A program made the translations under genes and the position numbers. The notes beneath the pieces were generated by a model. The model saw nothing but the letters and a program-made list of their open reading frames with translations, ran no database searches and was not told the DNA's origin. A stretch of 52,779 nt of DNA from Marinilabiliales bacterium. Its GTDB lineage: Bacteria > Bacteroidota > Bacteroidia > Bacteroidales > DTU049. This document shows, in pieces, positions 1-10,720 of the stretch. Where the stretch lies: positions 1 to 52,779 of the forward strand of contig PKSX01000017.1 of the NCBI GenBank assembly GCA_002869435.1. The letters are read 5' to 3'. How positions within the stretch are numbered: position 1 is the first letter of the stretch; each line of letters starts with the position of its first letter.

Positions 1-1
1 G

Positions 2-712
2 GACGGTTCAGCCGATGTTACGGTATCAGGAGCCACCAGTCCCCTAACCTATACATGGTCCCATGACCCCGGTCTAAACAGTCCGGGTGCAACAGGGCTT
101 AGTGCAGGTACTTATACCGTAACCGTTGATGACGGCACGTGTCAGGAGATAATTGACATTACTGTATATGCAATTCCCGGTCCGATAGCAGGATTTATGG
201 TTAATCCAACTCAGGCAGATATCGAAAATGCCTTTTTTATGGTAACTGATTTAAGCATCGGCGCCACAAGCTGGTTGTATTATTTTGATGATGGTTGCTC
301 AAGTACCATGCAAAACCCAACTCATGAATACACATCTGAAGGAGACTATACTATCACACAATATGTTTACGATGATTATGGTTGTGTCGACAGTACGACA
401 ATGACGGTTTCTGTTGAAGGCTTATTTGCATTTTATATTCCCAATGCATTCAGTCCCAACGGAGATAACATAAATGACTATTTTCTTCCAAAAGGAATTG
501 GTATAGATGCAGATACCTGGCAAATGAGAATTTATGACCGCTGGGGAAGCACTGTATTTGTTAGTACCGACATTAATCAACCATGGGATGGCATGTATGT
601 ACTCGAAGATATAGATAAAACACCTACAGCAGTATTCGGATATTTCATTACATTCAGGACTGAATCAGGTCTAATTATGGAGTATTACGGACATGTAACT
701 ACACTCCCTTAG
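2..712 (+). CDS. 5'-truncated T9SS type-B (gliding motility-associated C-terminal domain) protein with SprB-like repeat and PKD domain; array paralog 1
   Basis: Frame is open from position 2 (DGSADVTVSGATSPLTYTWSHDPGLN...) into the listed ORF. C-terminus [15 protein letters not shown]...[10 protein letters not shown]...WDG is a CHU_C/type-B CTD. Confidence 0.9.
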   Translation, partial: DGSADVTVSGATSPLTYTWSHDPGLNSPGATGLSAGTYTVTVDDGTCQEIIDITVYAIPGPIAGFMVNPTQADIENAFFMVTDLSIGATSWLYYFDDGCSSTMQNPTHEYTSEGDYTITQYVYDDYGCVDSTTMTVSVEGLFAFYIPNAFSPNGDNINDYFLPKGIGIDADTWQMRIYDRWGSTVFVSTDINQPWDGMYVLEDIDKTPTAVFGYFITFRTESGLIMEYYGHVTTLP

Positions 713-747
713 ATTACGAAATATTTATACAATATCCCATTTAACTT

Positions 748-780
748 TTTGGTTTTTAAGCCATCAAAGTAATATATTTG
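748..780 (+). promoter_or_regulatory. Bacteroidota primary-sigma promoter (-33 TTTG / -7 TAnnTTTG)
   Basis: TTTG at 748-751, 21-nt spacer, TATATTTG at 773-780; same layout before the next two paralogs. Confidence 0.75.
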
Positions 781-899
781 GGTATTAATTCCTTGAAAAG
801 GTTCTTTAAATTAATTAGTTTTGGAAACTTTATCCACAGAATCCATTATTAATAAATGAAGTCATAATAAGAAATTAGCACCCACCTAAAGCTGTTTTT

Positions 900-3728
900 A
901 TGTTGAAAAATGCTGTATTCTTTGTATCGTTTCTTATAATAAGCGGGTTATCAATGGCTCAAACTCAGATAGCTGTGTGTCCTCAGATAAACACTTTCTC
1001 ATCGATGACCAGAGGGTATTATTTTACTGCTCCATGTGATTTCGTTATTTGCGGATTGTATATTCCTACTGATGCTTCAACAGGACTGCAGTCTGTGGAG
1101 GTTGTTAGGTTTACTGCGGGAGCACCACCGGCATATTCTGCTACAACGAATAGTTTTGTATCTCTTTTTTATCAGTCTAACTGGCCTACAAACACAATGA
1201 TACCCTGTAATGTACAAGTAAATACAGGTGATATTATTGGTGTTTATGGTTCCAGAGGCGCAGCAGTTAATTCATACGGTGCTGCTAATTGCGCAACAAC
1301 AATAATGGGAAATGCTGTTACATTGTATCGTAGCGGAATGCAATTTGATCTTGCAACACAACAGATGCATGACATTTGGTATGAGGATTATAACATTGGC
1401 AGAGTGTTTATGTACATAAACTGCTGCCCTACTGCTGATTTCACAATTGACTCTGTAATCTGCCTGGGTGACACTGCAACAGCGGTCTATACGGGCAGCG
1501 GAGTACCTCCGGCAACAACTTTTGACTGGGATTTTAATGGTGGAACTCCTGCCACAGCCAATACAATAGGACCTCATGATGTAACATGGGCAACACCGGG
1601 TGTAAAAACAGTTACACTTGATGTTTTTCAGGCTTCATGTGCCACGGCGAGTGAAAGTCATACCGTAAATGTATTAGCACCCCCAACAATAAGTGCAAGT
1701 GCAAGTCCTGCTTCTATATGTGACGGTGAGAATACAACACTCACTGCTAGTGGTGGCGATACTTATTTATGGAGTACCGGTGGAACCGGATCAAGTATTA
1801 ATGTTAATCCTGCTTCATCAACCACATACACTGTTACAGGTACAACAACAGCCGGCTGTACTGGTACGGCTTCGGTGTATGTGACGGTTAGTCCACTTCC
1901 GGTTATAACTGTTGCCAACCAAACCATTTGCGATGGTGAAACAGCAACACTTTCCGCAAATGGTGCAGCCACCTACAGCTGGAGCAATGGTGGAAATACA
2001 GCTGCAATTTCAGTATCACCTTCATCCACAACAGTGTATACAGTTACAGGAACCAGTGCTGCAGGATGTACAGGAACGGCATCAGCTACAGTTACGGTTA
2101 ATCCCCTGCCCAATATTACTATATCAGCAAATCCGGCTTCTGTGTGTGCGGGAAACAGTTCAACGCTAACAGCTAGTGGAGGAACTAATTATTCCTGGAG
2201 TACGAGTTCAACAGGAAGCAGTATTACAGTAAACCCTACATCCACTACAACTTATGGAGTTACCGGAACTGATGCCAACGGCTGTTCAAACACTGCTGAC
2301 ATTAATGTTACAGTTCTTCCCGGACCGGTTGTTACTGCAACAGGTGCTACAATTTGTGAAGGTGCAACGGCAAATATTACTGCTTCCGGAGCTGCAAACT
2401 ACACATGGGATAATAGTATGACGGGGTCCAGCATTAATGTTAATCCAACATCGACTACTACATATACTGTTTCAGGAACGGATGGCAGCGGTTGCACAGG
2501 AACTGCTACTGCAGTTGTAACAGTAAATCCATTACCTGTAATAACTACAACCAATGATGAAATTTGTGAAGGAGAAACAGCTACCATTACTGCATCAGGT
2601 GGAACAACATATACGTGGAGTTCTGGTGGCAATGGTAGTACAGAAAATGTTACACCTTCAACGACTACCACATATAGCGTAACAGGAACAGATGCAAATG
2701 GATGCTCAAATACCAACTCTGCTGTGGTTACTGTAAATCAAAATCCTTCTATTGCTATATCGACAACACCGGATGCATGTAACAGTTCAAATGGTACTGC
2801 CACTGCAACTCCCACGGGTGGTCTTTCGCCATATCTGTATGAATGGAGTACTTCTCCGGCTCAAACTACAAACCCTGCTACAAACTTATCTGCCAATACT
2901 TACACTGTTACTGTAACAGATGATAATGGATGTACAGCTACAGCATCTGCCGTTGTTGACCCACTGGCAGGCTTTACACTTAGTTCTGCCACCACTGATG
3001 AACACTGTGACATGGAAGATGGAACTGCTACGGTTGTAGTTACAGGAGCCCTCGGCCCCCTTACCTATGTATGGTCTCATGATCCGGGGCTTAACAGCCC
3101 TAATGCCAACGGCATAAGCGCTGGAACGTATACCGTTTCTGTTGATGATGGTACGTGTCAGGATGTAATTACTATTACTGTATATGCACAACCAGGGCCG
3201 GTAGCGGGGTTTATGGTTAATCCCACTCAGGCAGATCTTGAAAATGCGCTATTCACAATAACTGATTTAAGCATTGGTGGTACCAGCTGGATGTATTATT
3301 TTGATGATGGCGGTTTTAGCAATATGCAAAACCCGACTCATACATACACATCGGAAGGAGAATACACCATAACACAATATGTTTACGATGATTACAGCTG
3401 CGAAGACAGTGCATCAATGAGTGTTACTGTTGAAGGTTTATTTGCATTCTATATACCTAATGCATTTAGTCCGAATGGAGATAACAGAAATGATTATTTC
3501 CTTCCAAAAGGGATCGGTATAGACCCCGACACCTGGATCATGAGAATATACGATCGGTGGGGTCATACTGTTTTTGTCAGTACTGATATTAACCAACCTT
3601 GGGATGGTGAGTATACTCTGGAGGATATAAATAAAACTCCTACTGCAGTATTTGGATATTTTATTTCATTTAAAACTGAATCAGGAATACTGAAAAAGTA
3701 TTATGGACATGTGACTACATTACCGTAA
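900..3728 (+). CDS. T9SS type-B surface protein: signal peptide, Cys-containing head, PKD, 5 Ig-like ~70-aa repeats, 2 SprB-like repeats, PKD, CHU_C; paralog 2
   Basis: Signal peptide ending SMA-Q; repeats of the form ICxGxxxTLTASG..Y.WS...V.P..TTTY.VTGT...GC; [11 protein letters not shown]; [13 protein letters not shown]. Confidence 0.9.
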   Translation: MLKNAVFFVSFLIISGLSMAQTQIAVCPQINTFSSMTRGYYFTAPCDFVICGLYIPTDASTGLQSVEVVRFTAGAPPAYSATTNSFVSLFYQSNWPTNTMIPCNVQVNTGDIIGVYGSRGAAVNSYGAANCATTIMGNAVTLYRSGMQFDLATQQMHDIWYEDYNIGRVFMYINCCPTADFTIDSVICLGDTATAVYTGSGVPPATTFDWDFNGGTPATANTIGPHDVTWATPGVKTVTLDVFQASCATASESHTVNVLAPPTISASASPASICDGENTTLTASGGDTYLWSTGGTGSSINVNPASSTTYTVTGTTTAGCTGTASVYVTVSPLPVITVANQTICDGETATLSANGAATYSWSNGGNTAAISVSPSSTTVYTVTGTSAAGCTGTASATVTVNPLPNITISANPASVCAGNSSTLTASGGTNYSWSTSSTGSSITVNPTSTTTYGVTGTDANGCSNTADINVTVLPGPVVTATGATICEGATANITASGAANYTWDNSMTGSSINVNPTSTTTYTVSGTDGSGCTGTATAVVTVNPLPVITTTNDEICEGETATITASGGTTYTWSSGGNGSTENVTPSTTTTYSVTGTDANGCSNTNSAVVTVNQNPSIAISTTPDACNSSNGTATATPTGGLSPYLYEWSTSPAQTTNPATNLSANTYTVTVTDDNGCTATASAVVDPLAGFTLSSATTDEHCDMEDGTATVVVTGALGPLTYVWSHDPGLNSPNANGISAGTYTVSVDDGTCQDVITITVYAQPGPVAGFMVNPTQADLENALFTITDLSIGGTSWMYYFDDGGFSNMQNPTHTYTSEGEYTITQYVYDDYSCEDSASMSVTVEGLFAFYIPNAFSPNGDNRNDYFLPKGIGIDPDTWIMRIYDRWGHTVFVSTDINQPWDGEYTLEDINKTPTAVFGYFISFKTESGILKKYYGHVTTLP

Positions 3729-3768
3729 TTCAACATTTCATTGTGACAAATTTCTTTTAACTTTTTGG
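3717..3768 (+). repeat. 52-bp exact direct repeat, copy 1 (gene end, intergenic region and -33 element)
   Basis: ACATTACCGTAATTCAACATTTCATTGTGACAAATTTCTTTTAACTTTTTGG is identical to 6060-6111. Confidence 0.9.
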
Positions 3769-3796
3769 TTTCAATACTATCAAAGTAGTATATTTG
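3764..3796 (+). promoter_or_regulatory. Bacteroidota promoter for paralog 3
   Basis: TTTG at 3764-3767, 21-nt spacer, TATATTTG at 3789-3796. Confidence 0.75.
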
Positions 3797-3875
3797 GATG
3801 ATAATTCCATTTATGGGTTCTTCGATGAATATTCCGGAACCGAAAAATGAAATTACACTCACTAATGCTATTTTT

Positions 3876-6071
3876 ATGTTTAAAAAAGCTTTTTTCTTAG
3901 TATCTTCCCTATTAATTAGCGTGTTATCAATCGCTCAGACTCAGATTCCTCTTTGCCCGATGCAAACAACATTTAGCTCTATGTCAAGAGGCTATCATTT
4001 TACTGCCCCATGCGATTTCACTATTTGTGGATTATTTGTGGCTGACGATGCTTCAACTGGATTACAATCGGTTGAGGTTGTGAGATTCACAGCAGGAGCA
4101 CCACCTGCCTATTCTGCTACAACAAATAGTTTTGTTTATTTGTTTTATCAGGCTTTGTATCCTACCAACACCATGATTCCCTGTGATATACAAGTGAATA
4201 CTGGTGATATTATCGGCGTATACGGGTGCAGACAACCCAGTTCAATAAATTCTTATGGTCAGGCACAATGTCCTACGACGATTATGGGATTTCCTGTAAC
4301 CCTTGAAAGAAGTGGTATGCAGTTCGATCTCTCCACGCAACAAATGCATGATATCTGGTCAGAAGTAAATTATTATGTTGGAAGAATTTTCATGTATATC
4401 AACTGCTGCCCAACTCCCGATTTTACAATTGATTCTGTAATTTGTCTTGGTGACACTGCCACAGCCAATTACATTGGTAGTGGCGTTCCTCCGGCAGCTA
4501 GTTTTAGCTGGGATTTCGGTGGTGGAATTCCTGCTACAGCAAATACAATAGGACCTCATGATGTGACCTGGGCAACAACAGGTATTAAAACTGTTACACT
4601 CGATGTTTCGCAGGTTCAATGCCCTACTGTAAGCGATACTCAAACTGTATCAGTAATTGCTTTACCGGTTGCAAATGCAGGAACTAATGACACTATCTGT
4701 AATGGTGAGTCCACTACTCTTATAGCAAGCGGAGGAACAAATTATATATGGAGTAATGGTACAACTACTGCCTCTAATACTGTGAGTCCGACTACTACTA
4801 CAACGTATACAGTAACAGTGGATAATGGTGGTGGCTGTAGCAATACAGCTTCTGTAGATGTAATTGTAAACCCGCTTCCAACCATTACTGTTACCGATCC
4901 AATAATATGTGATGGTGAAACTGCAACCATAACTGCATCGGGAGGAGTAAACTATTTATGGGATAATAGTATGACCGGCTCAAACATTAATGTTACTCCT
5001 TCAAGCACAACAACATACACCGTTACCGGTACTGATGTAAATGGTTGTACAGGAACGGCAACTGCTACGGTTACGGTTAACCCAAATCCCACTGTTACAA
5101 TTACAAGTATTCCTGACACATGTAATGCAAACGTGGGAACAGCTACTGCTTCGCCTTCCGGTGGATTGGCACCATATTTTTATGAATGGAGTACTGCTCC
5201 GCCTCAAACCACTAACCCTGCTGTTAATCTGGCTGCAAATACATACACTGTAACTGTTACTGATGATAACGGTTGTACTGGTACGGCAGATATTACAATA
5301 AGCAATGAAACCGGTTTCACTTTAAGTTCTACATCAAATGATGAACATTGTGAACAGATGGACGGGTCAGCAAATGTTATTGCTTCAGGGGCAAATCTTC
5401 CTTTAACCTATACATGGTCTCACGATCCGGGTTTAAATAGTCCTACTGCAACCGGTTTGAGTGCAGGAACCTATACCGTTACTGTTGAAGACGGTTATTG
5501 TCTGCAAACTATTGATATCACCGTTAATGCAATACCTGGTCCTACAGCCGGATTTACAGTAAATCCTACTCAGGCTGATATTGAAAATGCACTCTTCACA
5601 ATTAGTGATATGAGTGTTGGTGCTACTTCATGGTTATATTATTTTGGCGATGGAAATTCAAGTACAATGCAAAATCCCATAAATGAATATACTTCTGAGG
5701 GTCAGTACACAATTATTCAGTATGTATTTGATAATGAAGGATGCGAAGACAGTGCAAGTGTAGAGGTTATCGTTGAGGGATTATTTACATTTTATATTCC
5801 AAATGCCTTCAGCCCGAACGGTGATAATAGAAATGACTATTTTCTACCCAAAGGTATCGGTATAGATGCCAATACATGGAATATGAGGATCTACGACCGC
5901 TGGGGTCGCACAGTATTCGTAAGTACTGATATTAACCAACCCTGGGATGGTGAGTATTTTTTGGAAGATGTAGACAAAACTCCTACTACGGTATTCGGTT
6001 ATTACATATCCTTTAAAACTGAAACAGGATTACTGAAAGAGTATTACGGACATGTTACAACATTACCGTAA
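3876..6071 (+). CDS. T9SS type-B surface protein; same head as paralog 2 but only 2 Ig-like repeats; paralog 3
   Basis: Start moved to ATG 3876 (MFKKAFFLVSS..., aligns with MLKNAVFFVS of paralog 2); CHU_C CTD. Confidence 0.88.
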   Translation: MFKKAFFLVSSLLISVLSIAQTQIPLCPMQTTFSSMSRGYHFTAPCDFTICGLFVADDASTGLQSVEVVRFTAGAPPAYSATTNSFVYLFYQALYPTNTMIPCDIQVNTGDIIGVYGCRQPSSINSYGQAQCPTTIMGFPVTLERSGMQFDLSTQQMHDIWSEVNYYVGRIFMYINCCPTPDFTIDSVICLGDTATANYIGSGVPPAASFSWDFGGGIPATANTIGPHDVTWATTGIKTVTLDVSQVQCPTVSDTQTVSVIALPVANAGTNDTICNGESTTLIASGGTNYIWSNGTTTASNTVSPTTTTTYTVTVDNGGGCSNTASVDVIVNPLPTITVTDPIICDGETATITASGGVNYLWDNSMTGSNINVTPSSTTTYTVTGTDVNGCTGTATATVTVNPNPTVTITSIPDTCNANVGTATASPSGGLAPYFYEWSTAPPQTTNPAVNLAANTYTVTVTDDNGCTGTADITISNETGFTLSSTSNDEHCEQMDGSANVIASGANLPLTYTWSHDPGLNSPTATGLSAGTYTVTVEDGYCLQTIDITVNAIPGPTAGFTVNPTQADIENALFTISDMSVGATSWLYYFGDGNSSTMQNPINEYTSEGQYTIIQYVFDNEGCEDSASVEVIVEGLFTFYIPNAFSPNGDNRNDYFLPKGIGIDANTWNMRIYDRWGRTVFVSTDINQPWDGEYFLEDVDKTPTTVFGYYISFKTETGLLKEYYGHVTTLP

Positions 6072-6111
6072 TTCAACATTTCATTGTGACAAATTTCTTT
6101 TAACTTTTTGG
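6060..6111 (+). repeat. 52-bp exact direct repeat, copy 2
   Basis: Identical to 3717-3768. Confidence 0.9.
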
Positions 6112-6139
6112 GTTCTACACCATCAAAGTATTATATTTG
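6107..6139 (+). promoter_or_regulatory. Bacteroidota promoter for paralog 4
   Basis: TTTG at 6107-6110, 21-nt spacer, TATATTTG at 6132-6139. Confidence 0.75.
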
Positions 6140-6156
6140 GGTAATATTTGCGCCTT

Positions 6157-9100
6157 ATGATACGAAATACCGGTATTTTCATTGTACTGGTAAGTTTTAT
6201 ACTTACCGGTAGTCCATTATTTACATTTTCTCAGACTTCAGTAATAGTCGATTCGTGTTTTTCCACTACATCACCGGGTCATCCCTTTCCGGGTTCAACG
6301 GATATTTATAACACAAGTTCTGCTGATGTTGCTGAATGGACCGGAAGTGCCTGGACAGGCCAATGGTCTCATGCAAACGTAACACTCGCCCCACCTTGTA
6401 CGCCAACAGGAAACTGCAGGGCATTCTGGATTGGTGCCAGCTCGGGGTGGACTACCGTAGGAGAAGGTTTTGGACTTAGACTCAATAATCCCCTTGTAAC
6501 CGGTGTAAGCTATTCATTTACTTTCACATATGTTAGTCACGGAACTGCCAGTACCGGTAGTTTTGCCCCAAATGTATATACCAATACAAGTGGTGCTTTA
6601 GGGGGGGCTAATTCACTTGGAGCATTACCTGCAGCCGGGACTGCATGGACTACAAATACGTTAACGTTTACAGCATCTGCTGCACAAAATGGTGATAATT
6701 GGATTATACTGCATACAGGCACTTCAACAGGGTCGGGAATGGTATTGTCACAATGTTGCTGTACGGTTGTCAACCCCAACTCAGTTACTGCAACAGCCAC
6801 TCCATCCACTATCTGTGAGGGTGAATCAAGTACATTGAATGCTACTGCCGGATTAGCTGGATCAACTTATACATGGAGTACAGGAGCAACAGGATCTAGT
6901 ACTACTGTTAGCCCTACAACCACAACAACTTATACAGTAACAGTTGATGACGGTGGACAGACTGCAAGTACATCTGTTACCGTAACGGTAAATCCTCTAC
7001 CTACAGTTACTGCCACTGCGTCGCCATCAAGTATTTGCACAGGGAATAGTTCAACACTTACAGCCAGTGGTGCAAGCACATACAGCTGGAGCACAGGAGC
7101 AACAGGGTCTAGTATCTCAGTTAGTCCGGCTTCTACCACAACCTATACTGTTACAGGTACATCTGCTGCAGGATGTTCAAATACTGCATCAGTAACGGTA
7201 ACTGTTTCCGCAGTTCCCAATGTCACAGCTACTGCTTCACCGGGAAGTATTTGCCCTGGTGGTAGTTCTACTCTCACTGCAGGAGGCGCCACGACCTACA
7301 CATGGAGTACCGGTGCCACAGGATCACCTATCAGTGTCAGCCCCGGAACAACAACTACGTATACAGTTACAGGGTCATCAGGTCCTGGCTGCTCAAACAC
7401 TGCTTCAGTTGATGTTATAGTAAATCCCGCCCCGACTATTACAGTTGCAGATCAAATCATTTGCGATGGCGAGACAGCCACATTAACTGCAAGTGGAGCT
7501 GCCATATACAGCTGGAGTACAGGAGGATCAAACAGTTCGATATCTGTTTCTCCGTCTAGTACAACAACATACACAGTAACAGGTACAAATGCTGTGGGAT
7601 GTACCGGAACAACAAGTGCAACAGTTACCGTAAACCCATTGCCAAATATCGCCATCTCGGCAAACCCTGCATCTGTATGTCCAGGGAATAATTCAATATT
7701 AACAGCTAGTGGTGGCACAAATTACACGTGGAGTACATCGGGTACAGGTACGAGCATAACAGTAAATCCAACCAGTACTACAACATATAGTGTAACCGGC
7801 ACAGATGCCAATGGCTGTTCAAACACAGCCGACATTAATGTTACAGTATTGCCCGGTCCTGTGGTAACAACAACAGGAGCCACCATTTGCGAAGGTGAAA
7901 CAGCAAATATAACAGCATCCGGAGCGACGAATTATGTATGGGATAACAGTATGACCGGCTCAAGTATTAATGTTAGTCCGACATCAACAACAACATATAC
8001 TGTTTCCGGTACTGACGGGAGCGGATGCACAGGAATTGCAACAGCAATTGTTACTGTAAATCCTCTGCCCACAATTACTTCTACTGATGATGAAATATGC
8101 GAAGGAGAGACTGCAACAATTTCAGCGGCAGGAGGAAATACATATAGTTGGAGCTCAGGCGGCACAAATGCAACAGAAAATGTTTCTCCAACCACAACCA
8201 CAACATATTATGTAACCGGTACAGATGCAAACGGGTGTTCAAACACCTCATCCTCAGTGGTTACAGTAAATGATGCACCATTTATTGGTTCTACAAACAC
8301 AACAGCCGATTATTGTGATTCAGGGAACGGCACAGCCTCTGTCTCCCCAACGGGCGGAACTACTCCATATTTATACAACTGGAGTACCAACCCGGCACAA
8401 ACATCCAATCCGGCTATTGATCTTACAGCAGGAACATATACCGTTACAGTAACTGATGATAACGGGTGCTCTTCTACTGCTTCTGTAACGGTAAGTGCAC
8501 AGGCTGGATTCACACTTAGTTCCAGCAGCGAAGCCGAACATTGTGAACAAATGGACGGAATAGCTCAGGTCATTGTTACCGGAGCAGTTAATCCGGTGAA
8601 TTACTCTTGGTCTCACGACCCTGGGGTAACAACAGATATGGCAACCGGTCTAAGTTCTGGGGTCTACACCGTTACAGTTGATGACGGCCAATGTGTTAGG
8701 ACTATTGATATAACAGTTGGTTCTATGGCGGGGCCGACAGCCGGATTCTTCATCAATCCAACTCAATTAACAATGGATGATCCTACCATTTCAGTTATTG
8801 ACCAATCTGTAGGAGCTACAACATATTATTATGAAACCGGAGATGGGAATTCATACACATCACCAAGCTATCAACACAGCTATGGTATTGACGGCGAATA
8901 TGTGGTAATGCAAATTGTATATGATGATTTTGGTTGTACCGATACCATGTATCAAACAGTAATTGTAAACGAAAGTTTTGCCATATATATTCCTAATGCT
9001 TTCAGCCCGAACGGAGATGGTCGAAACGATTACTGGCATCCTTCAGGTATTGGAATTGATCCAGATACATGGCATATGCGCATATACGATCGCTGGGGGC

Positions 9101-9261
9101 ATACCGTATTTGTGACAACAGATATCAATAAAGCGTGGAATGGTAATTTTAATGGAGACGTAAACGAATGTTCACAGGGAGTATACAGCTACCACATCAT
9201 TTTTAAAACCACAACAGGAAAAGATAAAGAGTATTTTGGCCGTGTAACTAAACTGCCTTAG
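6157..9261 (+). CDS. T9SS type-B surface protein with a different head domain and 7 Ig-like repeats; paralog 4
   Basis: ATG 6157 preferred over TTG 6148; signal peptide; repeats; SprB-like and PKD domains; [13 protein letters not shown]. Confidence 0.88.
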   Translation: MIRNTGIFIVLVSFILTGSPLFTFSQTSVIVDSCFSTTSPGHPFPGSTDIYNTSSADVAEWTGSAWTGQWSHANVTLAPPCTPTGNCRAFWIGASSGWTTVGEGFGLRLNNPLVTGVSYSFTFTYVSHGTASTGSFAPNVYTNTSGALGGANSLGALPAAGTAWTTNTLTFTASAAQNGDNWIILHTGTSTGSGMVLSQCCCTVVNPNSVTATATPSTICEGESSTLNATAGLAGSTYTWSTGATGSSTTVSPTTTTTYTVTVDDGGQTASTSVTVTVNPLPTVTATASPSSICTGNSSTLTASGASTYSWSTGATGSSISVSPASTTTYTVTGTSAAGCSNTASVTVTVSAVPNVTATASPGSICPGGSSTLTAGGATTYTWSTGATGSPISVSPGTTTTYTVTGSSGPGCSNTASVDVIVNPAPTITVADQIICDGETATLTASGAAIYSWSTGGSNSSISVSPSSTTTYTVTGTNAVGCTGTTSATVTVNPLPNIAISANPASVCPGNNSILTASGGTNYTWSTSGTGTSITVNPTSTTTYSVTGTDANGCSNTADINVTVLPGPVVTTTGATICEGETANITASGATNYVWDNSMTGSSINVSPTSTTTYTVSGTDGSGCTGIATAIVTVNPLPTITSTDDEICEGETATISAAGGNTYSWSSGGTNATENVSPTTTTTYYVTGTDANGCSNTSSSVVTVNDAPFIGSTNTTADYCDSGNGTASVSPTGGTTPYLYNWSTNPAQTSNPAIDLTAGTYTVTVTDDNGCSSTASVTVSAQAGFTLSSSSEAEHCEQMDGIAQVIVTGAVNPVNYSWSHDPGVTTDMATGLSSGVYTVTVDDGQCVRTIDITVGSMAGPTAGFFINPTQLTMDDPTISVIDQSVGATTYYYETGDGNSYTSPSYQHSYGIDGEYVVMQIVYDDFGCTDTMYQTVIVNESFAIYIPNAFSPNGDGRNDYWHPSGIGIDPDTWHMRIYDRWGHTVFVTTDINKAWNGNFNGDVNECSQGVYSYHIIFKTTTGKDKEYFGRVTKLP

Positions 9262-10504
9262 CAGGTTTTCTTTCCGCAAGAATTCTCAATCCTTTTTGTA
9301 AGGACAATTCTCTTAATTTGGTCATAACAAAAAATGCTACCAGAGAAAAGAGGAATGTAAATGAATACCCAAAAGTTGAGACCCATGCTGCCATCATAAT
9401 TGTTGAACCTTGTATAAGAAGATACCCTGCTACTGCAACACTTATGAATCCTAATAATGAAGACCATAAGTTAATTATGACTCTACCTATTCCACTGAAA
9501 AAATGACTCAGAATATTATTCATAGATGCAAGCACAATACCTAGTGCTAATGCAATAATTACCGATTTCACTCCAACGAACTCGTCCCCAAAAATAAATG
9601 TATAAACTGTTTCTGGCAGCAATACCAGAATTGCAACTGCCAGGGAAGTAAAAAACAAAATAAACACTACCAAGAATGCAGTTAATGAAGCAGCATCTTC
9701 CCTGCCCTTAAGATTTGATATTTTTGAGTACTGCACAGTAGCGATACTTTTGGGGAGCAACCACACCGCTTCACTTATCTGCACACCAACAGAGAGTATT
9801 CCTAAAGCTGCAAGACCTATAAATGCCTCGCTATAGTAAAATGTTAACCGGTATGTTAGCAGTGCAAAAACAGCAGCCAGCTGAACCCATACCCCGTAGC
9901 TAAATAGTGTTTTCAGAGATCTGCCTTGTGTAAACGCGCTTTTATGTGCTCTTTCTGTTGAATGTAAAACGAGCCATGAAACTACAAGAACTATTATGTA
10001 TGCTAGTATAACAGCATAAAGATATGCTTCAATTTCTTTCATCGCCAAAAGAAAGCAGGTTGTGGCCATGCCGCCAAAAAGCAATATGGCCTGCAGAAGG
10101 GAGAATAAATTGTGCATTTTTATATTTTCCCTTGCAAGAAATACATTTAATATGTTCTGGACTAAAGATCCGATTACGCCGGCAATCAACACATATGCAA
10201 CCAGTTCACGCGGAAAAGCATCTAGCAGGAATAATAATGCAACTGTTGCAGCTGATGTAAATAAGGCCCATACATTTGCCGTTTTTAAAAGCGGTTTTCC
10301 GGGATTTCTGGGAATCAGATACACCAATGCCGAGCCTCCCGCAAAGCCGGCAACAAGATTCGTAAGTGTCACTGCCAGAATAAACAAACTAATTTTTCCA
10401 ATATTTTCCGCACCCAACTGCTGTCCTGCAATTACAATAACACCCAGATTAAGTAATGCTGCAAGAATTCTGACACCCGCTGTGCGAAGAATATTGATTA
10501 TCAT
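9248..10504 (-). CDS. Polysaccharide/oligosaccharide flippase (Wzx/MOP family)
   Basis: About 12 hydrophobic segments; LGAENIG, LFSYG and GILSVGVQISEAVWLLP motifs; lies in a glycosyltransferase cluster. Confidence 0.8.
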   Translation of the reverse strand: MIINILRTAGVRILAALLNLGVIVIAGQQLGAENIGKISLFILAVTLTNLVAGFAGGSALVYLIPRNPGKPLLKTANVWALFTSAATVALLFLLDAFPRELVAYVLIAGVIGSLVQNILNVFLARENIKMHNLFSLLQAILLFGGMATTCFLLAMKEIEAYLYAVILAYIIVLVVSWLVLHSTERAHKSAFTQGRSLKTLFSYGVWVQLAAVFALLTYRLTFYYSEAFIGLAALGILSVGVQISEAVWLLPKSIATVQYSKISNLKGREDAASLTAFLVVFILFFTSLAVAILVLLPETVYTFIFGDEFVGVKSVIIALALGIVLASMNNILSHFFSGIGRVIINLWSSLLGFISVAVAGYLLIQGSTIMMAAWVSTFGYSFTFLFSLVAFFVMTKLRELSLQKGLRILAERKPAKAV

Positions 10505-10720
10505 CCCCTTATAGTTTCAATTAAAGGTTGTTGCTTACCATATAGCGTTAGCAAATATAGCTAAATTATCCTCTGTCGTTTTCTTGATTTATTGTTGAAA
10601 TAACAGCGTTTCAGTAAATATATTTTACTGAATCAACTGGATTATTGCATAAAGCTTTATCAAATCAAAGGAATTATTCCTGAAAATTCATAAGTTTGCG
10701 AATGAAAAACGCAAACGCTA

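Noticed and set aside
2-9261. Diversity-generating retroelement or invertible shufflon in the paralog array
   Set aside because: No reverse transcriptase or recombinase, all genes share one orientation, and differences are not adenine-specific.
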